Source: Gemmatimonadota bacterium
Lineage (GTDB): Bacteria > Gemmatimonadota > Gemmatimonadetes > Palauibacterales > Palauibacteraceae
Assembly: GCA_046757885.1 (NCBI GenBank)
Contig: JBHHZD010000008.1
Location: 4,363 to 68,362 of the forward strand
Length of the DNA stretch: 64,000 nucleotides
Direction of reading: 5' to 3'
Part shown: piece by piece, positions 1-6,709 of the stretch
How the letters are laid out: each line of letters opens with the position of its first letter
How positions within the stretch are numbered: the first letter of the stretch is position 1
The notes under the pieces: generated by a model
What the model saw: only the letters and a program-made list of their open reading frames with translations
What the model was told of the DNA's origin: nothing
Database searches by the model: none
Translations under genes and position numbers: made by a program

Positions 1-913
1 TCCGCGCCCGGACGTTGGAGGCGGCTTCCTCCGCCGTCGGCCGAACGGGACGCTTCGTGAGGGTCGTCCCGAGCGCGGCGCCGCGACACCGGCACTCGGG
101 GAGCTCCGGTGGGCAGATGCAGGAGCGGCTCCAATCCCGGAAGGTCCGCTTCACGATTCGATCCTCGAGCGAGTGGTACGCGATCACCACGATTCGGCCT
201 CCGGGCGCGAGCCCCTCCCGAATCGCGTCGAGCCCTTCCTCCAGGGCCGTGAGCTCGTCGTTCACGGCGATCCGAACGGCCTGGAAGAGGCGTGCCTTGT
301 CCCGCATCGTGAGCCCGGTCCCGAGCGCAGCCTCCAGAGCTCCGACGAGATCGTCGGAGGTGCGCAGGGGGCGTCGCGAGCGCCGTCGAACGATCGATCG
401 CGCGACGCGCCGCCAGGCCCGCTCCTCTCCGTAGTCCCGGAAGATCCGTCCGAGCTCCTCCTCCGAGGCCTCGGCCAGAAGATCGGCCGCGGTCCTCCTT
501 CCGCCGGTTGTCCCGCCCATCCGCATGTCTAACGGAGTGCTCCGGCGGAAGGAGAACCCGCGTGCCGTCCGGTCGATCTGGTGCGACGACACTCCGAGGT
601 CGAGGAGGGCTCCTTCCAGTCCCTCCCCGCCCGCAACGTCCTCGAGCGCGCGGCCGGCCTCGCGAAAGTCCCCCGCGCAGATCCTCACCCGGTCGCCGAA
701 GACGGCGAGCCTTCGACCGGCCGCCGCCCTCGCCTCCGGATCCCGGTCCATGCCCAGGACCCTGACCGAAGGGTGCGCCGCCAGCAGCGCGGCCGCGTGG
801 CCTCCGCCGCCGAGCGTTCCGTCGAAGAAGAGCCCCCCGCACCGACTGGGCCGCAGCCAAGCCAGCACCTCGGTCAGGAGGACCGGTTCGTGCTCGTATG
901 TCTCCCCGCTCAC
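1..913 (-). CDS. rsmH: 16S rRNA m4C1402 methyltransferase RsmH/MraW (3' end runs off the window start)
   Basis: Absent from the ORF track; translated by hand from GTG at 913: HEPVLLTEV, FFDGTLGGGGH, LLDLGVSSHQID, RGFSF, PLDMRM, FQAVRIAVNDEL, IAYHSLEDRIVK. Lies directly downstream of mraZ. Confidence 0.95.
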   Translation of the reverse strand, partial: MSGETYEHEPVLLTEVLAWLRPSRCGGLFFDGTLGGGGHAAALLAAHPSVRVLGMDRDPEARAAAGRRLAVFGDRVRICAGDFREAGRALEDVAGGEGLEGALLDLGVSSHQIDRTARGFSFRRSTPLDMRMGGTTGGRRTAADLLAEASEEELGRIFRDYGEERAWRRVARSIVRRRSRRPLRTSDDLVGALEAALGTGLTMRDKARLFQAVRIAVNDELTALEEGLDAIREGLAPGGRIVVIAYHSLEDRIVKRTFRDWSRSCICPPELPECRCRGAALGTTLTKRPVRPTAEEAASNVRAR

Positions 914-958
914 CGGGCTCGCTCTACACGCCTGTCGGCTCGGAGGGCCCGGCCCGGA

Positions 959-1390
959 TCAGGCGAAGATCGAAGAGGCGAGGTCGTCGAAGCTGCTCGC
1001 TTCTCCGCCGACTGTCTCCCCGAACCGCTCCGGTTCCCAGATCTCTATCTTGTCCATCGCTCCGACGATGAGCGCCTGATGACCGATTCCGACGCCCTTG
1101 CGATGGCGGTCAGGCAGCAGGATGCGTCCCTGTTTGTCCGGCGTGACTTCGCGAGCGTTCGACGTGATCCCGAGGACGTAGTGCCTCGCCTCCGGATTTC
1201 GCTTCAGGAGCTCCCTCAGCTCGTCCTGGACCCGCGCCCAAGCTTCGACCGGGTACAGCGTCAGCGCATCGGGATGGACCCGGATCAGGACGAAGGACGG
1301 CGACTCGGCGCCACGCCGAAAGGGCGCGGGGAGGCTGACCCGCCCCTTCTCGTCGACCTGGTAGAGGTAATTTCCCAGGAAGCGGCCCAC
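959..1390 (-). CDS. mraZ: Division/cell-wall cluster transcriptional repressor MraZ
   Basis: Two DxKGR/DxQGR AbrB-like repeats (VDEKGRVSLPA, PDKQGRILLP) and GAMDKIEIW. GTG at 1390 follows GGGGG. Upstream of rsmH. Confidence 0.95.
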   Translation of the reverse strand: MGRFLGNYLYQVDEKGRVSLPAPFRRGAESPSFVLIRVHPDALTLYPVEAWARVQDELRELLKRNPEARHYVLGITSNAREVTPDKQGRILLPDRHRKGVGIGHQALIVGAMDKIEIWEPERFGETVGGEASSFDDLASSIFA

Positions 1391-1421
1391 GGTCCCCCGC
1401 AATGGCGATCCGGAGTGTTTT

Positions 1422-1484
1422 CCCCACGGTTACCCATTTTTCCCCACTGCGCCCCATTCTAATGGAGCTCCATCGCTCTCGCAA
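1422..1484 (-). promoter_or_regulatory. sigma70 promoter of mraZ with four TGGG MraZ boxes
   Basis: Minus strand: TTGCGA (1484-1479), 17 nt, TAGAAT (1461-1456). TGGG repeats at 1456-1453, 1446-1443, 1436-1433 and 1426-1423, an exact 10-bp period. Confidence 0.85.
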
Positions 1485-1549
1485 CCCCCGGCGTGCCCGA
1501 GGGATGGCCGTGGCATCGGAAGACCGTCGAAAGGGCCGGGGGATGACGA

Positions 1550-1580
1550 AGGGCCCGAGGACGGGTGGTCCTCGGGCCCT
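1550..1580 (-). terminator. Hairpin downstream of the TPR gene (possible intrinsic terminator)
   Basis: 13-bp inverted repeat AGGGCCCGAGGAC / GTCCTCGGGCCCT with a 5-nt loop; the U-tract is weak. Confidence 0.5.
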
Positions 1581-1646
1581 GGAGCGCGCGGTGGCGGCGA
1601 CGCCCGGCTCCCGGGTGGAGCCGGCGGCCCGCCGACCGGGGTCAGC

Positions 1647-3404
1647 TCACTTGCAGGCCTTCTTGATGATCTGCTCCTGGCGGAACAGATACACGTCCGT
1701 GCTCTCCGCGATCTGCTGCTGGCTGCGCGGCTGCGTCCTTCCGGCTTTGCGCAGATTCGGCATCACCTGCTGGAACTTGGCCAGCGCCCGGCGGGCGGGC
1801 TCGCAGGCCTCGGCCGCCTCGTTGCGCTTGTCGAGGGCCACGCCCTGCTGGAAGTACCCGTACGCCGTGAAGAAGTAGAGCTGGTCGCGGATCTCCGGCT
1901 TCGTCGCGAAGTCCATACCCGTCCTGAACATCGAGATCGCGCGAGCGTAATCGCCTTTCGCGAAGTAGCTCGCGTGCCCGACGGCCAGCAGCTGGCCCGC
2001 CACGACGTTCGCATCGGTGCCGGCGTCCACCGCGGCCCGGAGGTCCCCGACGGCCGCCTGCCCCTCACCGGTGCGCAGCCGGTACAGGCCGCGCCTCAGG
2101 TGCGCGTTCGGATAGCTCGCATCCAGTTCCAGCACGCGATCCAGGGCCCCGATCGCATCCCGAAGACGCCCCATCTTGTTGTAGACGTCCGAGGTGATGG
2201 ACCACAGGGCCGGGTCGTCCGGCATCATCGTCTGCGCCCTGCGGGCGAAGTCGAGCGCCGCCTGCAGGTCCCCCAGGGCCAGGTTCGCGGCGATGACCTG
2301 CCGGAGGATCTTCGGATCGATGTCGTCGCCCCGCAGGGTGAGAACCCGGTTGTAGGCGTCGACCGCGAGACGCACGGATGCCTCGTCCGTCACACCGGCC
2401 TCGGACGATCCCGAGCCCTCGGCGGCCGTGCCCTTGCTGAGCGCCACGTTGCCGAGGAACTCCCACAGGTCCGCGTTCGTCGAGTCACGCGCGAGGCCCT
2501 CCTGCAGAAGCTGGATCGCCTCGTCGTGCCCCCCCGCGTTCGCCAGGTTGAAGGCGACGTTGAGCCGCACGCTGGCGTCGTCGGGATTGAAGTTCAGGTA
2601 TTCCCGGTACAGCTCCGTCGCCCGCTCCATGTTCCCGAGCTGCGCGTTCGTGTACGCGAGAGACTGGAGCGCGAGCGTCTCGGCCGGATTCTTGTCGACG
2701 ACGGCGGCCAGGTCCTGCCGGGCCGAGGGCCAGTCCTCCTGGCCCATGTAGACGCGGCCCCGCGTGTACAGCGCCGTCGAGCTGTTCGGATTGATCTCCA
2801 GCGCCCGGTCGCAGTTCCGAAGCGCGTCGTCGTACTGGCTCGCGCTCAGGTAGTCCTGGCAAAACAGCAGGGCCTGGTTGTACTCGATGTGCGTCTCGAA
2901 GGCCTGCGTGATGAGACCCGCGGCGCGCTTCACGTCGTCTCCGCGATCGCCCGGAACCGTGAATTCGGGCACCGTGAGCTCGTCACCCGTCTTCGCGTCC
3001 ACGAAGCTCACGTTCACCACGTTGCCGCCCGAGGCGGGCTCGACCGTGCCGAAGATTACGACCTGCGCATCCATGCGACCCGCCAGCTGCCGCCACTGGA
3101 TGAGGCCGAGGTCCTTCTCATCGAGCTTCAGCCGCTTGAGCTCTCCGCTGAGCTCCTTGCTGTCGATGGAGGTGAGGCTCGGGAACTCCCTCAGGTCCTT
3201 GCGTACGTCCTCGGCCACCTTGCGGCCGAAGTTCCGGTTGATGCCGTCGGTGGTGCGCAGCGGCGCGACGAGCACGCGCGCGCGTCCGCCGCTGCCGCCG
3301 TTCGCCTGTTCCTGCGCGACGACATCCCCCGAGGCCAGGACGAGCGCAGCCAGCGCGCACGAGCCCACGACCCACTGTTTCCGGATTCCGACCGCTCGCT
3401 TCAT
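1647..3404 (-). CDS. Secreted tetratricopeptide-repeat protein
   Basis: Signal peptide (CALAALVLASGDVVAQ), a TolB-N/CsgG-like alpha/beta N-domain and many TPR helices (YDDALRNCDRALEINP, AIGALDRVLELD). Start uncertain (3404, 3413 or 3419). Confidence 0.8.
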   Translation of the reverse strand: MKRAVGIRKQWVVGSCALAALVLASGDVVAQEQANGGSGGRARVLVAPLRTTDGINRNFGRKVAEDVRKDLREFPSLTSIDSKELSGELKRLKLDEKDLGLIQWRQLAGRMDAQVVIFGTVEPASGGNVVNVSFVDAKTGDELTVPEFTVPGDRGDDVKRAAGLITQAFETHIEYNQALLFCQDYLSASQYDDALRNCDRALEINPNSSTALYTRGRVYMGQEDWPSARQDLAAVVDKNPAETLALQSLAYTNAQLGNMERATELYREYLNFNPDDASVRLNVAFNLANAGGHDEAIQLLQEGLARDSTNADLWEFLGNVALSKGTAAEGSGSSEAGVTDEASVRLAVDAYNRVLTLRGDDIDPKILRQVIAANLALGDLQAALDFARRAQTMMPDDPALWSITSDVYNKMGRLRDAIGALDRVLELDASYPNAHLRRGLYRLRTGEGQAAVGDLRAAVDAGTDANVVAGQLLAVGHASYFAKGDYARAISMFRTGMDFATKPEIRDQLYFFTAYGYFQQGVALDKRNEAAEACEPARRALAKFQQVMPNLRKAGRTQPRSQQQIAESTDVYLFRQEQIIKKACK

Positions 3405-3451
3405 GCGTCTCATCCTCAAGCTTGAATCCCGGCCTCCCCGCCGCCATTCCC

Positions 3452-3480
3452 TACGACACTCGCCGTCGACCGTTTGTTCC
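3452..3480 (-). promoter_or_regulatory. Possible ECF-sigma promoter of the TPR gene
   Basis: Minus strand GGAACAAAC, 16 nt, CGTA, matching the AAC...CGT pattern of ECF promoters. Confidence 0.35.
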
Positions 3481-3527
3481 CGCCGCGGCGCCGACAGCGG
3501 CGTCCCGCTCCTCGACCGCCGGCCCCA

Positions 3528-3603
3528 TGGGCGAAGCTGGATTCGAACCAGCGACCTCCTGCTTGTAAGGCAGGCGCTCTCGGCCAGGCTGAGCTATTCG
3601 CCC
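3528..3603 (-). tRNA. tRNA-Val (anticodon TAC); CCA not encoded
   Basis: GGGCGAATAGCTCAGCCTGGCCGAGAGCGCCTGCCTTACAAGCAGGAGGTCGCTGGTTCGAATCCAGCTTCGCCCA. Acceptor stem GGGCGAA/TTCGCCC, anticodon arm CCTGC-CTTACAA-GCAGG, T-loop TTCGAAT. Confidence 0.97.
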
Positions 3604-3833
3604 GCGTGTCCGCGCCCTCCGCGTCCGAGCCCGTAGAGCAGACCCGCGGGCACGAGGACGGCGTAACCCATGACGAGCAGCAGAGGCGCCGCCACGGTCG
3701 AGCCCCGGGCGAGAGACAGGTATCCGGCCGCGATCGAGATCGCGGCCGCGGTGAACAGGCCCCAGTTCACGGGTCCGAGCCGCGCGCGCGACCGGGCGGG
3801 GGCGGTCTCGAGCCCCATCTGGCTCCTATTCAT
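3594..3833 (-). CDS. Small two-TM membrane protein (DUF3098-like)
   Basis: NWGLFTAAAISIAAGYLSL and APLLLVMGYAVLVPAGLL. ATG at 3833 lies 6 nt after a -10 box. Confidence 0.65.
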   Translation of the reverse strand: MNRSQMGLETAPARSRARLGPVNWGLFTAAAISIAAGYLSLARGSTVAAPLLLVMGYAVLVPAGLLYGLGRGGRGHAGE

Positions 3834-3839
3834 CCGTGA

Positions 3840-3868
3840 AGCATAGGGCGCCGGATATCTGTCGTCAA
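3840..3868 (-). promoter_or_regulatory. sigma70 promoter (leaderless) for the small membrane ORF and tRNA-Val
   Basis: TTGACG (3868-3863), 17 nt, TATGCT (3845-3840), 6 nt, ATG. Confidence 0.7.
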
Positions 3869-4806
3869 ACTTCGTCTTCGTCATCCCACAGCCAGTCGCC
3901 GGAGTCCGTCCACGGCTCGGCGGAGACCTCGTCCAGGGCGGCGAGCCGACGGCGGTCCCGTCTCCTGCGGAGCGACACCACGGCCACGAGGAAGAGCCCG
4001 GCCAGGAGCCAGAAAGCCGACGCGCGGGAGAGCACGAACAACCAGCCGTAACGGGCCCGGACGTCCTCGCGCCATTGCCTCTCGAACCGGGCCTCCGTCG
4101 TTCGGAGGGCGATCCTCAGGGCCGCATCGAGGGACTCTCCCCGACCGAGCGCCGACAGAAGCTTCGCGACGCCCTTCTCGCCACCCCGTTCGAACAGGGA
4201 ATGCACGGCCGTGTATGATAGCAGGTAGGCGACCCTCGCCTCCGCCTCTCCCCGGCGGAAGCCCAGCGCCACCCGCCGCAGGCCGATCCGCTCACCCCGG
4301 AGGAGGAGCAGTCGCAGCGTCCACGCGTCCCCGTACCCCCAGCTTCCCGAGGCGTATTGGGCATAGCCCTCGTCCAGCCAGGCCGGCGCGCGTCCGCCCG
4401 TGACGGCGGCGAGAGCGACGTGCGCCAGCTCGTGGCGGAGCACGGGCCCCAGCTCGCCGGCACTCCCGACGCCCCTCGCCGCGCGCAGTCCGATCCGGTT
4501 CGTTGATGGGTCCGCCACTCCGGCGACCCAGTCTTCCGCGGGTCCGAGTCCGAGGTCGGCGAGCGTGGCGAGATCTCGCACGATCCACACATCCACCGGG
4601 TCCATCCCCTCGGGAAACGCCGGCATGGCGGGCAGGGCCGTACGCAGGCCGGGGCCGGACGCGAGCCGTTCCGCGACCGGCTCCAGACCTGCCTCCGCGT
4701 GGAACCGCACCGGCGGGAGGCTCGCCGCGCCCTGCCCGAATGCCCGGGGCGTCTCCGCGAGCCCGGTCAGGCCCAGGAGCAGGCACGAGGCGACGCGTGG
4801 GCTCAT
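3865..4806 (-). CDS. Membrane-anchored gluzincin (peptidase MA-like) metalloprotease
   Basis: Signal peptide, HELAH plus WLDEGYAQY, and a C-terminal TM helix followed by RRRRDRRR. ATG at 4806 overlaps the rluD stop (ATGA). Confidence 0.8.
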   Translation of the reverse strand: MSPRVASCLLLGLTGLAETPRAFGQGAASLPPVRFHAEAGLEPVAERLASGPGLRTALPAMPAFPEGMDPVDVWIVRDLATLADLGLGPAEDWVAGVADPSTNRIGLRAARGVGSAGELGPVLRHELAHVALAAVTGGRAPAWLDEGYAQYASGSWGYGDAWTLRLLLLRGERIGLRRVALGFRRGEAEARVAYLLSYTAVHSLFERGGEKGVAKLLSALGRGESLDAALRIALRTTEARFERQWREDVRARYGWLFVLSRASAFWLLAGLFLVAVVSLRRRRDRRRLAALDEVSAEPWTDSGDWLWDDEDEV

Positions 4807-5771
4807 CGGGGAGCCCGGGCCCATTTCACGGCGGACGCCAGGGGTTCGGGAAGAGGCGACGTGAGCACGAGCCGCTCCCCGGTGTCCGGGTGGGAGAACG
4901 AGAGCCGGGCCGCGTGCAGGAACATGCGCCCACAACGCGTCACGAGCTCCGCCGCCCAGCGTCCACCCGCACCGCCCATCCCCCGCTCCCATTGCGGCGC
5001 GTACACCGGATCGCCGACGACCGGATGCCCGATCGCCCTCAGATGGACCCGGATCTGGTGCGTGCGGCCCGTCTGGAGCCGGACGGCGAGGAGATCCGCG
5101 GATCGCCAGCATTCGAGCCGGCGGACGTGCGTGACGGCGGACCGTCCTCCGGTCACGACGGCCATCCGCTTCCGGTGCGCGGGGTCCCGACCGATGGGAA
5201 GGCTCACCGTGAGGTCGGGCTCGGGCAGCTCGCCCCAGGCGCAGGCGAGGTAGTGGCGGTGGATCCGTCGTCTCGCCAGCGCCTCGGAGAGCCGGCGGTG
5301 GGCCGCGTCCGTCTTCGCGACGAGGAGCAGGCCGCTCGTGTCCCGGTCGAGGCGGTGCACGATGCCTGGCCTCAGGGGGGCACCGAGGCTCGAGAGGCGC
5401 GGGATGTGGTGCAGAAGCGCGTTCACGAGCGTGCCCGAGACATGGCCGGGCGCCGGGTGGACGACCTGCCCGGCCGGCTTGTCCACGACGACGATGCTCG
5501 CGTCCTCGTGCACGACCCGCAGCGGAAGGTTCTCCGGCTCCACGGCCAGCGGGGGCGGCGCAGGAATCCGCACCCGGATCTCGTCTCCGGCGCGCGGTCG
5601 ATCCCGCTTCCGGGGCGCCGCGCCGTTCACCCGCACGTGGCCGTCCGTGATGAGGGCGATCGCGCGCGTGCGGCTGATGTGCAAGCGATCGGCGAGGAAC
5701 GTGTCCAGCCGATCGCTCGAATCCTCTTCGACGCGGATTCGCCGGATCCTATCCTTCCGGCTCTGGGCCGT
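4803..5771 (-). CDS. rluD: RluA/RluD-family 23S rRNA pseudouridine synthase with S4 domain
   Basis: S4 domain (RLDTFLA), VDKPAGQVVHP, GIVHRLDRDTSGLL, TGRTHQIRVH, GDPVY, LHAARL. Start placed at ACG 5771 (see findings). Confidence 0.9.
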   Translation of the reverse strand, partial: TAQSRKDRIRRIRVEEDSSDRLDTFLADRLHISRTRAIALITDGHVRVNGAAPRKRDRPRAGDEIRVRIPAPPPLAVEPENLPLRVVHEDASIVVVDKPAGQVVHPAPGHVSGTLVNALLHHIPRLSSLGAPLRPGIVHRLDRDTSGLLLVAKTDAAHRRLSEALARRRIHRHYLACAWGELPEPDLTVSLPIGRDPAHRKRMAVVTGGRSAVTHVRRLECWRSADLLAVRLQTGRTHQIRVHLRAIGHPVVGDPVYAPQWERGMGGAGGRWAAELVTRCGRMFLHAARLSFSHPDTGERLVLTSPLPEPLASAVKWARAPR

Positions 5772-6294
5772 CTTTCTCTTCCCTTCCTTCCAGGTAGAAG
5801 GACGCCAGCAGGAGAATGGCGCCGATGCTGACGGCCGAGTCGGCGACGTTGAACACCGGGAACCGGTGCGAGCCGATGCCCACATCCACGAAATCCACGA
5901 CGCCGGCCGAGTATCGGAGACGATCTAGGATGTTTCCGACCGCGCCGCCGCTCACGAGTGCCACCGCCAGGAGTCTGAGCCGATCCGTCGGCGACGTGCT
6001 CCGGTAGACGAGGCCGAGGACCACGAGTGCGACGAGGGACAGGCTCAGGAAGAAGAGGCGCGAGTGCTCGCCGACGTGGATGCCGAACGCGGCCCCTGGA
6101 TTGTGCGTGTACGTCAGGCGCAGGACGTCACCGAGGATGGATTCCGAGTGATAGAGTGGAAACGTCTGCACGATCCACTGCTTCGTGAGCACGTCGAGCA
6201 GGACGACGCCCCCCGCCACCCACAGGAGGAGGGCCGTCTTGTCCGACGCCCGCCCCGGCAGGTCCAGCGGAACCTCGGACTCAACGTGAGACAC
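5749..6294 (-). CDS. lspA: Lipoprotein signal peptidase II
   Basis: NPGAAFG, GGAVGNILDR, GVVDF, FNVADS. GTG at 6294 follows AGGAG. Confidence 0.95.
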   Translation of the reverse strand: MSHVESEVPLDLPGRASDKTALLLWVAGGVVLLDVLTKQWIVQTFPLYHSESILGDVLRLTYTHNPGAAFGIHVGEHSRLFFLSLSLVALVVLGLVYRSTSPTDRLRLLAVALVSGGAVGNILDRLRYSAGVVDFVDVGIGSHRFPVFNVADSAVSIGAILLLASFYLEGREEKDGPEPEG

Positions 6295-6664
6295 CGGTCT
6301 CCTCGCGCTCCTTGCACTTGATGCAGAGACGCGTGTGGGGAAGCGCATCCAGTCGCTCGAACCCGATCTCCTCGCCACACTCCTGACACCGGCCGAACTC
6401 CTTGGGCGTGCGATACAGCCTCCGGAGGGCCTCGTCGATGTGATAGAGGAAGCGGCCTTCCTTGCTCGCGAACAGGAACGCCTTCTCGCGCTCCATGGCG
6501 TCGGTTCCCTGATCGGCCATGTGGAAGCTGTAGGCGGAGAGGTCTCCGTCCGATGCGTGCGGCGTGCTCGAGAAGGACTCGCCGTAATGGCCCAGGTCCT
6601 TCAGGGCGCGCGCACGCTCCTGGAGGAGTCTTTCCTCGAAGTGCTTGAGGTCCTTCTTCTTCAT
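6281..6664 (-). CDS. TraR/DksA family C4 zinc-finger protein
   Basis: Coiled coil with HMADQGTD at the tip, then CQEC...ERLDALP...CIKC. Confidence 0.88.
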   Translation of the reverse strand: MKKKDLKHFEERLLQERARALKDLGHYGESFSSTPHASDGDLSAYSFHMADQGTDAMEREKAFLFASKEGRFLYHIDEALRRLYRTPKEFGRCQECGEEIGFERLDALPHTRLCIKCKEREETGVSR

Positions 6665-6709
6665 CCGGCTATCTCCCGCCTGCCCGGCCCTCGGCGTTCA
6701 TCGTCCACG

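Noticed and set aside
3420-3610. Integrative element at tRNA-Val
   Set aside because: No integrase, no duplicated tRNA 3' end, and the flanks look like resident genes.
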